Notes: a model not told the origin generated them from the letters alone. DNA of 64,000 nt from Crocinitomicaceae bacterium (GCA_002723085.1 PBNK01000026.1:8965-72964), one strand, 5' to 3'. Positions 46,883 to 57,799 are shown, counted from the stretch's first letter. Translations and numbers: made by a program.

Positions 46883-47496
46883 GATATTAGGAATATTTTA
46901 GATTGGTGATTCAAAAAATAACTTCTGCCAAAATCAGAAACAACACCCAACATATAGTGTGTCATTAGTTCTCTATATACTTCAGTAAAAGTAATTAGGT
47001 GACTCTGAAAAAGTTCACCGTTAAATATTAAGTCAATTTTTTCAGCTAAAATTCTTGCCATTATTTCTGGCCTTATTTCTGGACGATAAACACCGAAATC
47101 AATGCCTTTTTTTAAGTTATTTAGAGTTAATTCAAAACTTTTTTGTTTTATAACTTCGTCAAAAACAACCCAAGCTTTAGGATAATATTTTTTTAAATCG
47201 TATTGAGCAGAAGGATGAATGGTTTTGACTTTTTTTAAATCAAGTTGACTCAGCTTAAAAAACTCTTCAATTGGATTAAGGTCTTCCTCAATAATAAGTT
47301 GAATTTTTGACAAATGCTCTTCCATGTCTTGAGTAATCACCTTAGAAACTAAGTCAGCTCTATTTTTATAATAAACGTATAGAGTTTTCTTAGAACAACC
47401 CAGTTTTTCGGCTAAATCGTCCATGGTTAAGCTTTTTATTCCATGTTGTTGGAACAAAAGATGAATTTGGTGATTGATTTCTTTTATTTTTACCAT
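46879..47496 (-). CDS. TetR/AcrR family transcriptional regulator
   Basis: It has an N-terminal HTH ([21 protein letters not shown]). I used the ATG at 47496 rather than the TTG at 47514. It overlaps the TolC gene by 4 nt. Confidence 0.85.
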   Translation of the reverse strand: MVKIKEINHQIHLLFQQHGIKSLTMDDLAEKLGCSKKTLYVYYKNRADLVSKVITQDMEEHLSKIQLIIEEDLNPIEEFFKLSQLDLKKVKTIHPSAQYDLKKYYPKAWVVFDEVIKQKSFELTLNNLKKGIDFGVYRPEIRPEIMARILAEKIDLIFNGELFQSHLITFTEVYRELMTHYMLGVVSDFGRSYFLNHQSKIFLIS

Positions 47497-47578
47497 CTCA
47501 AAAATTCGAAACAAAGAAAGTAAACTTTGGGAACTAAAAAAACAAAAAAAGTTTCCTTTAACAATTATTTACAAAAAA

Positions 47579-48994
47579 ATGACAAGATTAAGCATTGTTG
47601 AAGTATTAAAATTAGAAAGTGGTGTTCAGGTTAATATATCTGGGTGGGTAAGGTCTTTTAGAGGCAATAGGTTCATAGCATTAAATGATGGGTCTTGCAT
47701 GCGCAGTATTCAAGTGGTTGTAGATTATGAAAATCTTAGCGATGAAATTCTAGATAAAATTACAACAGGAGCGTCAATAAATGTAAAAGGGAAAATTGTT
47801 GACTCCCAAGGAAAAGGCCAAAAAACAGAAATTGTAGCAAAAGAAGTTAATATAATAGGCACAGCTAACCCTGATGATGTTCAAAAAACAATTTTACAAC
47901 CAAAAAAACACTCCCTCGAGTTGTTAAGGGAACAGGCTCATTTAAGAATGAGAACGAATTTATTTGGAGCCGTTTTTAGGATTAGACACCACATGGCTTT
48001 TGCCATTCATAATTACTTTAACAGTAAAGGATTTTATTATATACATACTCCAATTATTACAGGAACAGATGCAGAAGGAGCTGGGGAAGTATTTAGAGTT
48101 ACCACTCTAAATCTAGAAAACTCTAAATCAGAGGAACAAGATTTTTTTGGGAAACCAACCCACCTTACGGTATCTGGCCAACTTGAAGCAGAGCTGGCGG
48201 CATTAGCTTTGGGCAAAGCATATACTTTTGGCCCAACATTTCGAGCAGAAAACTCCAATACAACAAGACATTTAGCAGAGTTCTGGATGATAGAGCCAGA
48301 AATAGCCTTTGCAGACATAAATGACGATATGGATTTGGGAGAAGATTTTTTAAAATACCTTGTTAAATATGCTCTTGAAAAATGTAAAGAGGATTTAGAA
48401 TTTTTAAACGATAGAGGAATTAAGGAAGAACAACAGTTACCCACTATCCAAAGAAATGAATTCTCGCTTTTAGAGAGGTTGGAGATGATTAGTAATAATG
48501 AATTTATAAGAATAACGTATTCAGAAGCCATTAAAATATTAGAAAATTCTAAGCCTAACAAAAAGAAAAAATTCAAATTTCCTGTTGAGTGGGGAATTGA
48601 TCTACAAAGTGAACACGAAAAGTTTTTAGTTGAAAAACACTTTAAAAAGCCCGTAATAATTTATGATTATCCAGCAAAAATTAAAGCGTTTTATATGAGA
48701 AATAACGATGATGGAAAAACCGTAGCGGCAATGGATGTTTTGTTTCCTGGAATAGGTGAAATAATAGGGGGCTCCCAAAGAGAAGAAAGAGAGCAGGTGT
48801 TGCAACAAAAATGCAAAGAATTTAATATCCCTCAAGAAAGCATTTGGTGGTATTTAGAAACTCGAAAATTTGGCACTGTTCCTCATGCTGGGTTTGGACT
48901 TGGGTTTGAAAGGTTAATGATGTTTGTAACAGGAATGACAAACATTAGAGATGTTATTCCATTTCCAAGAACACCAAAAAACGCAGAATTTTAG
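47579..48994 (+). CDS. asnS: Asparagine--tRNA ligase
   Basis: It has the class II motifs [21 protein letters not shown] and [10 protein letters not shown] used the ATG at 47579; the track start at 47474 overlaps the divergent TetR gene. Confidence 0.95.
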   Translation: MTRLSIVEVLKLESGVQVNISGWVRSFRGNRFIALNDGSCMRSIQVVVDYENLSDEILDKITTGASINVKGKIVDSQGKGQKTEIVAKEVNIIGTANPDDVQKTILQPKKHSLELLREQAHLRMRTNLFGAVFRIRHHMAFAIHNYFNSKGFYYIHTPIITGTDAEGAGEVFRVTTLNLENSKSEEQDFFGKPTHLTVSGQLEAELAALALGKAYTFGPTFRAENSNTTRHLAEFWMIEPEIAFADINDDMDLGEDFLKYLVKYALEKCKEDLEFLNDRGIKEEQQLPTIQRNEFSLLERLEMISNNEFIRITYSEAIKILENSKPNKKKKFKFPVEWGIDLQSEHEKFLVEKHFKKPVIIYDYPAKIKAFYMRNNDDGKTVAAMDVLFPGIGEIIGGSQREEREQVLQQKCKEFNIPQESIWWYLETRKFGTVPHAGFGLGFERLMMFVTGMTNIRDVIPFPRTPKNAEF

Positions 48995-49026
48995 TAAATT
49001 TAGAAGAATAAAAAGTGAATTTTTAA

Positions 49027-50469
49027 GTGTTAAAGCAAACCTTACAACAAAGATTATTACAAAAGCTATCGCCTCAGCAGATACAGCTGATGAAGATGTT
49101 GCAATTGCCCACACTAGAGCTAGAACAAAGAATAAAAGAAGAGCTAGAAGAAAACCCAGCCCTTGATGAAGGAGAAGAATTATCTAATTCTGAAAAGGAG
49201 GAAGACTTCATAAAAGATGAAATTACGGACCAAAATTCTCGTGATGAATTTGATTTTAATGAATACATCAATGATGAAACTCCCTCATATAAATTACAAA
49301 GCAATAACCAATCAAATACAGAACAAAAGCAAAGTCCTTATTCGCTTGGAGCGTCTTTTACGGAAAGGCTTTTAACTCAAATAGGTTTACGAATAAAGGA
49401 TGAAAAACAACAATTAATTGCCAAATATATTATTGGTAATTTAGATGATTCTGGATATTTAAGACGGGAGCTATTTAACATTGTTGATGACTTAGCATTT
49501 TCTCAGAATATAATTACATCAGAAGAAGAACTTTTAAAGGCGCTTAAAGAGGTTCAGAATTTAGAGCCAGCAGGTGTTGGCGCTAGAGACTTAAAAGAAT
49601 GTTTATTAATTCAGCTTCGAAAGAAAACAAGAACAATACCCATTAAAACAGCAGAAGTTATTCTTGAAAAATGTTTTGATCAATTTACAAAAAAGCATTA
49701 CTCTAAAATCGCTAAAAAATTAGATATTGATAATAACGCTATTAAAAATGCATTTTCAGAAATTGTTAAACTGAATCCAAAACCAGGCAATTCATTAGTT
49801 GAGTCTAGCAAATCAATTCAACATATCATCCCAGATTTTATTATTAATGATGATAACGGAAAACTAATATTAGAACTTAATCAAAGAAACGCACCTCCAT
49901 TAAAGGTAAGTCCTTCATACATTGAAATGATAAAAGGTTATGAAGAAGGAGCAAAGACCCAAAGAGATAAAGAAGCAATTTTATTTGTAAAGCAAAAAGT
50001 AGATTCAGCAAAGTGGTTCATTGACGCTATTAAACAGCGCCAAAACACTTTAATGGTGACCATGAAAGCAATTTTAAATTTTCAAGAAAAGTTTTTTTTA
50101 AGTGGTGATGAAACCCAATTAAAACCGATGATTTTAAAAGATATTGCTGAAATGGTTGATATGGATATTTCGACAATTTCTCGAGTTGCAAATAGTAAGC
50201 ATGTTTCAACACCATATGGCACGTTTTTATTAAAGTATTTTTTTAGTGAATCTCTTTCCACTGAATCAGGAGAAGAAGTTTCAACAAGACAAGTTAAAAG
50301 CATTCTTAAAGAAGCTATAAACGATGAAGATAAAAGAACACCATTAACGGATGAAAAATTAATGAATGTTCTGAAACTTAAGGGTTATAAAATTGCTAGA
50401 AGAACAGTTGCTAAATACAGGGAGCAAATGAACATCCCTGTTGCTAGACTCAGAAAACAATTGGTTTAG
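49027..50469 (+). CDS. rpoN: RNA polymerase sigma-54 factor
   Basis: It has the N-terminal LKQTLQQRLLQKLSPQQIQ region I, a C-terminal HTH and the RpoN box ARRTVAKYR. It uses a GTG start. Confidence 0.95.
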   Translation: MLKQTLQQRLLQKLSPQQIQLMKMLQLPTLELEQRIKEELEENPALDEGEELSNSEKEEDFIKDEITDQNSRDEFDFNEYINDETPSYKLQSNNQSNTEQKQSPYSLGASFTERLLTQIGLRIKDEKQQLIAKYIIGNLDDSGYLRRELFNIVDDLAFSQNIITSEEELLKALKEVQNLEPAGVGARDLKECLLIQLRKKTRTIPIKTAEVILEKCFDQFTKKHYSKIAKKLDIDNNAIKNAFSEIVKLNPKPGNSLVESSKSIQHIIPDFIINDDNGKLILELNQRNAPPLKVSPSYIEMIKGYEEGAKTQRDKEAILFVKQKVDSAKWFIDAIKQRQNTLMVTMKAILNFQEKFFLSGDETQLKPMILKDIAEMVDMDISTISRVANSKHVSTPYGTFLLKYFFSESLSTESGEEVSTRQVKSILKEAINDEDKRTPLTDEKLMNVLKLKGYKIARRTVAKYREQMNIPVARLRKQLV

Positions 50470-50470
50470 A

Positions 50471-51133
50471 ATGATTTCTTTTGCAAAAATTTTTTCTGTT
50501 ATTTTTCATCCAGTTTTCATCTTGTTATATTCTTTCTGTTTTTATTTTCAAATAGATCACCAGCAGAATTATTTAAACACCAATCCAAGCTTATTCATTT
50601 CCTTATTTATTTTCATATTTATTATGGGTGTTGTTTTCCCATTGATTTCGATGCTAATAATGTATAGGTCAAAAACCATTTCTAGTTTATCCATTCCGAT
50701 TAGGAAAGAAAGACTTCCAATTCTCTTTTTAGTTTTGATTTATTATTCTATGATTTATTATGTTTTTTGGAACTGGAATAATCAATGGGCTAATTCATTA
50801 GAGTTATATTTAAGTTTTTTATTTGGAGGGATTATAACTCTTTTTTTGGCCACAATAATTACATTAAAATGGAAAATAAGCCTTCACTCAATAGCTATTA
50901 GTGGGTTTTCTGGAGGCATGTTGGGAGCTCTTTCAGAAACAATAGGAGATTGGTCATATGTTTATAATATTGAAGAAATGATGATTTATAATACAATATT
51001 ATTGTTCTTAATAGGCCTTATTGCTTCTTCTAGATTAATTCTTAATTCACATACACCAAAACAAGTACTAGCGGGAACGGCTTTAGGTTTTACAATAGAA
51101 TTAATCTGTGTTTTACAACATATCCACATTTGA
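50471..51133 (+). CDS. Polytopic membrane protein, weakly PAP2-phosphatase-like
   Basis: It has 6 hydrophobic helices. The C-terminal SSRLILNSHTPKQVLAG resembles the PAP2 SRxxxxxHxxx motif. I used the ATG at 50471, just after the rpoN stop. Confidence 0.4.
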   Translation: MISFAKIFSVIFHPVFILLYSFCFYFQIDHQQNYLNTNPSLFISLFIFIFIMGVVFPLISMLIMYRSKTISSLSIPIRKERLPILFLVLIYYSMIYYVFWNWNNQWANSLELYLSFLFGGIITLFLATIITLKWKISLHSIAISGFSGGMLGALSETIGDWSYVYNIEEMMIYNTILLFLIGLIASSRLILNSHTPKQVLAGTALGFTIELICVLQHIHI

Positions 51134-51134
51134 A

Positions 51135-51845
51135 TCAAAATCTCATCCAAGATATTCCTATATGAAAAGGAATTAAATTTGGGCCATTTTTATCAAAAAT
51201 AGAAGTCATAGAATAAAACCCAACAAAAGAAATTTTATTAAAGCCAAGACGAATGTAAGGACCATACCTGTATGGAAGAATATGATCTAAGTTGTAAATT
51301 TTAAACTTGATGTTATCGTTTTTGTATTTGCTATGGTTGTTAACTAAAAACCCAGCCTTAAAACCTAGATAAAGCTTAAAATTAAACTTCATTCTATCCT
51401 CTAAGGTTTTATTTATGGTTCTAAAACGAAATTCAATAGGGATGTCTACATAATTCACAGCTAACTTGTTGGTTCTAATTACAGAATCATTAGGAAAGGG
51501 AACTAATGAACTTATATTTGGAGATGAACTTAAGGTTGTAAAATTACCATTATGGTGAAAATTTAAAGATTCAAATCCAAACCCAAGAGCAACGGCAGCA
51601 TTGCTCTTTTTACCTATTGGCATATCTTTAAACCAATAAGCGCCAAATCCAAAAGAATAAAGCCCTTGATTTATTCCTGGAGGGCTTTTTTTCCAGTGAT
51701 TCCAAGTTACATCAATAGCAATTCTATCAAATTTTTCTGTTTCTAAACCATCGGCTTCCCATTTAAAATAAGACAATAAACCTTGTCCATTATAACAATG
51801 GCAAAAAGAAAAAACAAATAGAATATAAAGTAGTTGTTTTTTCAT
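51135..51845 (-). CDS. Outer-membrane beta-barrel protein of unknown function
   Basis: It has a signal peptide, alternating beta-strand pattern and a C-terminal aromatic residue (WMRF). Its ATG at 51845 overlaps the galE stop codon. Confidence 0.55.
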   Translation of the reverse strand: MKKQLLYILFVFSFCHCYNGQGLLSYFKWEADGLETEKFDRIAIDVTWNHWKKSPPGINQGLYSFGFGAYWFKDMPIGKKSNAAVALGFGFESLNFHHNGNFTTLSSSPNISSLVPFPNDSVIRTNKLAVNYVDIPIEFRFRTINKTLEDRMKFNFKLYLGFKAGFLVNNHSKYKNDNIKFKIYNLDHILPYRYGPYIRLGFNKISFVGFYSMTSIFDKNGPNLIPFHIGISWMRF

Positions 51846-52852
51846 AATATACTTAGTTGTTTTTCCCATTCCCATGCGTGTGATAGCGCATCTTCTAGAC
51901 TAAATTTATGTTCCCACCCCAACACTTTTTTAGCTAAGCTACTATTAGCATAAACACAAGGCGCATCACCATCTCTTCTTGGGCCAAAAGTATAATTCAG
52001 GTTTGTTTTGTTAACTTTTTTAAAAGATTCAATTACCTCTAAAACAGAGCTCCCCTTTCCCGTGCCAATATTTAGTATTAAAGGCTTATTATTCTTTTTT
52101 AAATAATTACTAAATGCTAAAACATGAGCCCTTGCTAAATCTAAAACATGTATGTAATCCCTTATACATGTTCCGTCAGTAGTATCATAATCATTTCCAT
52201 GAACAATTAAAGATTCTCTTATTCCAATAGCTGTTTGAGTAATAAAAGGAACTAAATTACTAGGAACACCTAAAGGAAGTTCGCCAATTAAACCTGAAGG
52301 ATGTGCACCAATAGGGTTAAAGTATCTTAACAACGAGATGGAAACACCAGGATTAGATTTAGCGAAATCCGAAAGAATCTGTTCTCCAATTTGTTTAGTA
52401 AAACCATAAGGAGAAAAAGCTTGCTGAATAGGCGAAAACTCTGAAACAGGAACTTTTTTAGGAACTCCATATACCGTACAAGACGAAGAAAATACAAAAG
52501 ATTTAACCTTGCTTTTATTGACGACACTTAAAACATTTACTAATGTTGAAATATTATTATGATAATATTTTAAAGGGTTAGATACAGACTCGTTAACTGC
52601 TTTATCAGCTGCAAAATGAATTATTGCATCAGGTTTTTCTTTTAAAAAAACAGAACTTAATTTTTTAATATCACCACAATCAAAGTTGTATGAAACAAAG
52701 TCCTTGTTTGTTATTTTTTTTATACGTTCAATTATAAAAGGTTTAGAGTTTCTAAAATCATCTATTACTATGGGCTCATAACCATTTTCTAATAAATCCA
52801 CGACAGTGTGAGACCCTATAAACCCAGCTCCCCCAGTTACAATAATTTTCAT
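51842..52852 (-). CDS. galE: UDP-glucose 4-epimerase
   Basis: Motifs VTGGAGFIGSH, the YGFTK catalytic motif and the DGTCIRDYIHV motif are present. Confidence 0.9.
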   Translation of the reverse strand: MKIIVTGGAGFIGSHTVVDLLENGYEPIVIDDFRNSKPFIIERIKKITNKDFVSYNFDCGDIKKLSSVFLKEKPDAIIHFAADKAVNESVSNPLKYYHNNISTLVNVLSVVNKSKVKSFVFSSSCTVYGVPKKVPVSEFSPIQQAFSPYGFTKQIGEQILSDFAKSNPGVSISLLRYFNPIGAHPSGLIGELPLGVPSNLVPFITQTAIGIRESLIVHGNDYDTTDGTCIRDYIHVLDLARAHVLAFSNYLKKNNKPLILNIGTGKGSSVLEVIESFKKVNKTNLNYTFGPRRDGDAPCVYANSSLAKKVLGWEHKFSLEDALSHAWEWEKQLSIL

Positions 52853-52917
52853 GATGATTGATTGGATTGTAAATCTATCGAAATATTCTTTTTTATTAAA
52901 AAACTTGCTTAATATTA

Positions 52918-53466
52918 TTGTTTAAACCTTTAACGTTGGCTTATTCATTAGAAAAAAAAATATTACTTGACGCCCCTATTGAAAAGGTTTGGTTAACCTA
53001 TAGGGATAGCCTACCTAAACTTGTAAGCGTGATGCCAACAGTAGACGAGATAAAAGTTGTTTCAAGAGAGGAAACAAAAGAAGAGGTAAGGTTATTAAAT
53101 AAGTGGAAAATTTCAGGAGGATTGCCAAGTATTATAAAAAACCTTGTCCCAATAAAGTTATTATCTTACAATGATGTCGCGGTATGGAACCAAAAGGATT
53201 ACGTTTGTTATTTTACTGAAACCCCTATTGATGGGAGCGAGATTTACAAATGCGTTGGCAAAAACACCTTTCTTGAGCAAGGAAATAAAACGTTATTAAT
53301 CATTTCGTTTGAATTAATTATCCATCCAGAAAAAATTCCTGGTGTTCCAAGTTTTATTGCAAAAAGCATCGCTCCAAAAATTGAGAAAATAATATCAAAG
53401 GAAGTGGTTAAAAACTTAGCATCAACCTCAAAAGCTGTCGAAAAACACATATCAAAACATTATTAA
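52918..53466 (+). CDS. Hypothetical protein (possibly SRPBCC/START-like fold)
   Basis: The 182-aa ORF has only a TTG start after the upstream in-frame stop. I recognise no motif with confidence. Confidence 0.45.
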   Translation: MFKPLTLAYSLEKKILLDAPIEKVWLTYRDSLPKLVSVMPTVDEIKVVSREETKEEVRLLNKWKISGGLPSIIKNLVPIKLLSYNDVAVWNQKDYVCYFTETPIDGSEIYKCVGKNTFLEQGNKTLLIISFELIIHPEKIPGVPSFIAKSIAPKIEKIISKEVVKNLASTSKAVEKHISKHY

Positions 53467-55889
53467 AAATCTATTCTATAATAGAAAATAGGTAAAAAAC
53501 CTAGTTGATAATTAAGCGCTATGTCGTTTTGATCGGCAATCCCATCATTGTTTGGCGCATAAGAATAGTTTAAAATATTTTTCGCACTAGTTAGGTTTAC
53601 CAAATCAACGCCTATTTCGTGAGTGATTTTTTCTTTGTTAATTTTGTATGTGGTTTTAATATCAAATCTAAAGTAGTCTTTGAATTTATCTTCGTTAAAT
53701 CCTTCGTCTTCAAATATAACCTCACCTTGTTCAGCGGAAGCAATAGGATCAACAATGCCTTTTCGTTTTCCACCAGCACCAGTTACTTTTACCCCTAGAC
53801 CAAATATTTTATTTTTCCCAAGCTCAAACTCTTTACCAGCTAAAAAGTTGGCAGCATAAATACCATTAAAACTTGTGTTTCTTTCAATGCCATCACTTGG
53901 AGTATATTTAGAATTATATAAACAACCAGAAAAAAGAGCGTGCCAATTTTTATTGAAATACCGTTGAATGGTAAGCTCTATTCCATAATTATAACCGGTT
54001 CCATTGTTATTTAATTCATTAGGAAAAACTCTAGCAAAACCGCTACCAGCATTAGTTAAAGAGAATGCTGAAGAATCAAATTCAACAGGAATACCAGTTA
54101 AATCTTGGTAATATGCCTCTGCTTTAATGCCCATGTTTTTATTCAGCTGATGAGAATAACCTATAACAACATGTTTGCTATAAGTTAAGTCTAAGCTTTG
54201 ATTAATTGCACCATTATTTCCATCAGGAATATAATATCTTGTGTATAAAGGCTGAGTTTGAGAATGATAGCCTAAACCAAAAGAAAGAGCGCTTTTTTCA
54301 TTTACGTTCCACCTCATTCCAAACCTTGGCTCTAAAGGAGAAAAATTAAATACAGGGTCTTGTAAATCATCTTCATCAAAAATAACAAGGTATAAACTTG
54401 TTAACCCTGCTGTTATAATAAAATCATCAGAAAATTTATGTTTCCAACTCAAATAAGGCTGAGCCATAAATGAGCTTCCTTTTGTGTTAAATCTATTTCG
54501 GTAAGTTTGAATAGAAGCATTAGTGGTAACACTATCAATAAAGCTAAAGTTTGTAAAATCAGCAACCCAACCCGCTTTCAGGGTGTTCTTTTTGTTAAGT
54601 TTTTTGTTAAATGATGAAGCATTAGAATACCTAATTTTATTAAAATCATAAGCCATATAAGGAGATAAGGTTGCATCGCTCCATTGGCTTGGATTTCTTG
54701 ATACAGTGTCGTGATTAGATAATTGTTTTTCTAAATTGATACAAGTAGTAGACTTAATAAATGCTGTTTCATTTAGTGGTTTGGTGTAAGTAGCCCCACC
54801 GACCAACATGCCAGTTCCAAATCGTTGGTCTTTTGTGTTTTCGCCATACAAGTCTATTTGTGTACTATCGGTTTGCTCACTAACTAATATTTCAATATTG
54901 CTATTACCTCCCATAGCCCAAAGAGAAAGATTACCCCCTTTTTCAAAAGGTAAATTTACTTTTGCAGCAAAATCTTGATAATTTGGAATAGCTGAAGTTC
55001 CTAAATCAAGTCCTAATATGTTAAATATTTTAAGAGTAGCTTTTCTATACATAATTAAATATGAAGCAGCGCTTTTTTTAGATAGTGGCCCCTCCATTAA
55101 AAACTCCGCACCAAACAAACCAACTTGTCCAGTAAGCTCGGTTTTTTCATTGTTTCCATTTCTTATTTTAAGATCAAAAACACCAGCAGTGCTATTTCCG
55201 TACTCTGCTGGGAAAGCCCCAGAAAAGAAATCACTATTACCTAAAAATTTATTATTTAAAATACTTAATGGACCACCCGATGAGCCTGAAATTGCAAAGT
55301 GATTAGGATTAGGAATGGTAATTCCCTCAACCCGATAAATTACGCCTAAAGGAGAGTTCCCTCTTACTATAATGTCATTTCTACTATCATCAGCTCCTTG
55401 AACCCCAGCCAAGTTAGAAGCCATTCTAGCAGGATCTCCTCTACTGCCTGCATATCTTTCTGTTTCTTCAACTGAAAATTGTTGAGCACTAATAATAGCC
55501 ATTTCATTATTCACCTCTCTTTTTTCATTTGAGCTGACCACAAACTCTTCTAGAACTTCTGTTGACTCTTCAATTGAAATGTTTAAAATCACCTCTTTAC
55601 CAGAATTAACAACAATAGTTTGAACTAAAGGTTTGTAACCAATAAAAGTAAATCTTATTTGATGCCTTCCTAGCGGAACATTTTCCAATTTAAATTGACC
55701 ATTTACACTAGTTGCCGAACCGGCATTAAAATCACCATCAACGATTTGAACATTTACACCTGGTAAAGGAAACTGAGATTCAAGGTCAACAACTTTTCCT
55801 TTTACTGTTTGTTGTCCAATAAGCTGAAAAGAAATGCAGTAAAAAAGGATTAATAAAATAGTAGATAATTTAATAATAGAATTTTTCAT
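53463..55889 (-). CDS. TonB-dependent receptor with N-terminal carboxypeptidase-regulatory-like domain
   Basis: A signal peptide is followed by GKVVD..S..PLPGVNVQI, a plug-like region, a long beta-barrel and a terminal F. Confidence 0.85.
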   Translation of the reverse strand: MKNSIIKLSTILLILFYCISFQLIGQQTVKGKVVDLESQFPLPGVNVQIVDGDFNAGSATSVNGQFKLENVPLGRHQIRFTFIGYKPLVQTIVVNSGKEVILNISIEESTEVLEEFVVSSNEKREVNNEMAIISAQQFSVEETERYAGSRGDPARMASNLAGVQGADDSRNDIIVRGNSPLGVIYRVEGITIPNPNHFAISGSSGGPLSILNNKFLGNSDFFSGAFPAEYGNSTAGVFDLKIRNGNNEKTELTGQVGLFGAEFLMEGPLSKKSAASYLIMYRKATLKIFNILGLDLGTSAIPNYQDFAAKVNLPFEKGGNLSLWAMGGNSNIEILVSEQTDSTQIDLYGENTKDQRFGTGMLVGGATYTKPLNETAFIKSTTCINLEKQLSNHDTVSRNPSQWSDATLSPYMAYDFNKIRYSNASSFNKKLNKKNTLKAGWVADFTNFSFIDSVTTNASIQTYRNRFNTKGSSFMAQPYLSWKHKFSDDFIITAGLTSLYLVIFDEDDLQDPVFNFSPLEPRFGMRWNVNEKSALSFGLGYHSQTQPLYTRYYIPDGNNGAINQSLDLTYSKHVVIGYSHQLNKNMGIKAEAYYQDLTGIPVEFDSSAFSLTNAGSGFARVFPNELNNNGTGYNYGIELTIQRYFNKNWHALFSGCLYNSKYTPSDGIERNTSFNGIYAANFLAGKEFELGKNKIFGLGVKVTGAGGKRKGIVDPIASAEQGEVIFEDEGFNEDKFKDYFRFDIKTTYKINKEKITHEIGVDLVNLTSAKNILNYSYAPNNDGIADQNDIALNYQLGFLPIFYYRIDF

Positions 55890-56028
55890 AACATTAGCTG
55901 TTTTAATCTAATGTATTAAAATTATGCCTTAGGAAAGGTTAAATTATATTCAGAAAAGGATGTGTAAAACTATAAGTAAATATGTTAAACCCTTAAAATA
56001 CAGCTGGTTAAATAAAAATAAACGGTCC

Positions 56029-56709
56029 TTAATTTAATAAGGATTCGAAGATTAACTTCCCATCAGTATTGTTAAGCAAAAGGTCAACAGCTCTTTCAGG
56101 GTGTGGCATCATTCCAAATACATTTTTATTTGCATTTGAAATACCTGCGATATTTAAACAAGAGCCATTAGGATTAACTTCTTCAGAAACGACACCATTT
56201 TCATCACAATATTGAAAGATAACTTGATCATTTTTTGTTAATTCTTTTAAGGTTTTATCATCGGCAAAATATCTGCCCTCTCCATGAGCAATAGGAATCT
56301 TAAAAGATTTTTCTTCGTTAAGTTGTTTTGTTATTGGCGTTGTTTTAGAAGAAGGTTTAAGAAAGACGTTTTTACAAATAAATTTTTGTTGATTATTGTG
56401 AAGTAATGCACCAGGAAGAAGCCCTGACTCACAAAGAATTTGAAACCCATTGCAAATACCCAAAACCATGCCTCCATTATTAGCATGTTGTATTATTGAG
56501 TCCATTATCGGAGAAAATCTCGCAATAGCACCAGAACGCAAATAATCGCCATATGAAAAGCCCCCCGGAAGAACAATTAAATCACAATTTTGGATATCGC
56601 TGTCTTTATGCCACAACTCAATCACCTCTTGTTTTAAAACGTTTCCTAATGCATAAATCATATCATGATTACAATTAGATCCTGGAAAAGTAACGACACC
56701 ACACTTCAT
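56029..56709 (-). CDS. purQ: Phosphoribosylformylglycinamidine synthase subunit PurQ (glutaminase)
   Basis: It has the MKCGVVTFPGSNCNHD start, the GICNGFQ nucleophile motif and MPHPER. I used the ATG at 56709; the TTG at 56730 lies inside a -7 box. Confidence 0.9.
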   Translation of the reverse strand: MKCGVVTFPGSNCNHDMIYALGNVLKQEVIELWHKDSDIQNCDLIVLPGGFSYGDYLRSGAIARFSPIMDSIIQHANNGGMVLGICNGFQILCESGLLPGALLHNNQQKFICKNVFLKPSSKTTPITKQLNEEKSFKIPIAHGEGRYFADDKTLKELTKNDQVIFQYCDENGVVSEEVNPNGSCLNIAGISNANKNVFGMMPHPERAVDLLLNNTDGKLIFESLLN

Positions 56710-56727
56710 ATAGAAAAATTTTAAATG

Positions 56728-56735
56728 CAAATATA
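56728..56735 (-). promoter_or_regulatory. -7 box TATATTTG upstream of purQ
   Basis: It matches the consensus exactly, 19 nt from the ATG at 56709. Confidence 0.35.
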
Positions 56736-56763
56736 AAATAATAGCACTCTTAAACCATATGAA

Positions 56764-57726
56764 TTAGCCCAAATATGCAATGATAAACAAGCTAAGAAGA
56801 TAGATGATAAATAAAGAATCTATTATCCAAAGCTTTTTAACATGCATAAAAACAAATGAAACAAGAATGCTTAGAGGAACAAAAGCACTATAAATTGATA
56901 AAGAGTTTGACTTAAAAATAAATACACCTAACCCAACTTGAAATACACATAAAACAAAATAAACAAGAAGTAATTTAATTACTTTTTTAAAACGGTTAGT
57001 TGACCGCCCGTATATAAAAAAGATAATTTTAAACGATAAACTAAGCGTTACAAAAACTAACACTCCAAGAGCCCCCATCATTCTAACATCTATTTTCACA
57101 GAATAGAATAATAAAATCGAAAGCCAGTCGTTAAAAACCTTTAAAGCAGAATCAAAAAATAATAAATAGGCAATTAAGTATATGCCAAAAAATACTAAAC
57201 TTAAAATGGGTATTAAATATTCTTTCCAAACAAATGGCCGAATGATTAAAAGAGATATCCAAGGCAGAATAAACAAAACACAATAGCTGGGAAAACAAAA
57301 TCCAGCTAATAAAATCCAGCAGCAAGCTTTAAAAATATGGTTTTTACAACTTTCATTTCTATAAACCTGAATTAAATGTCCAAAACTAAGAATGCTAAAT
57401 AAATTAGAAATAGCCATTGGGTGAAGAGTTCCATTTGCTGGAAAAAAAAGCATTAAAGAAATATATATCAACCCAGGTAAATAGAAGTTTCTGTTAAATA
57501 AAACGCTTTGATTGACAATTCTATTTATTAAAAGGCTAGAATAAAACAAAACAAACACCCCAATTAAATATTTCAAATAACCAGGTATAAAACGCATTAA
57601 ATAATAAGGCCCTAAATGAGTACCAGAAAAATTTTCATTGTTGAAAACAGGAAACAATGCTAACAGCAACAAAAAGCTGGAGACACTAAAAAAAAATGGA
57701 TGACTTGATCTTAAAGCCGCAATCAT
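56764..57726 (-). CDS. Polytopic membrane protein of unknown function
   Basis: It has about 9 hydrophobic helices. The ATG at 57726 is preferred over the TTG at 57759. Confidence 0.5.
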   Translation of the reverse strand: MIAALRSSHPFFFSVSSFLLLLALFPVFNNENFSGTHLGPYYLMRFIPGYLKYLIGVFVLFYSSLLINRIVNQSVLFNRNFYLPGLIYISLMLFFPANGTLHPMAISNLFSILSFGHLIQVYRNESCKNHIFKACCWILLAGFCFPSYCVLFILPWISLLIIRPFVWKEYLIPILSLVFFGIYLIAYLLFFDSALKVFNDWLSILLFYSVKIDVRMMGALGVLVFVTLSLSFKIIFFIYGRSTNRFKKVIKLLLVYFVLCVFQVGLGVFIFKSNSLSIYSAFVPLSILVSFVFMHVKKLWIIDSLFIIYLLSLFIIAYLG

Positions 57727-57771
57727 AAAACTAAAATTAGCATTAAAACGTGAAGGCAAATAAATATTTAT

Positions 57772-57779
57772 TATTTTTG
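57772..57779 (+). promoter_or_regulatory. -7 box TATTTTTG upstream of the small membrane-protein ORF
   Basis: It matches the consensus exactly, 21 nt from the ATG at 57800. Confidence 0.3.
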
Positions 57780-57799
57780 ATAAAAATTAATTGAAAATT

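Noticed and set aside
47522-47554. An inverted 7-mer AAACTTT (47522-47528) / AAAGTTT (47548-47554) in the TetR-asnS divergent spacer, a candidate TetR operator.
   Set aside because: The arms are short and AT-rich and the 19-nt spacer is long for a TetR operator. This cannot be distinguished from chance without comparative data.
48037-48576. A 179-aa ORF on the minus strand inside asnS.
   Set aside because: It lies entirely antisense to a gene with unmistakable AsnRS motifs. Its translation is low-complexity (S/L/F-rich) with no recognisable features, which is typical of a shadow ORF in AT-rich DNA.
55890-56028. A possible riboswitch (e.g. cobalamin) in the 139-nt leader of the TonB-dependent receptor gene.
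   Set aside because: The region is too short and AT-rich. No B12-box-like GCCACTG or other conserved aptamer core is visible.
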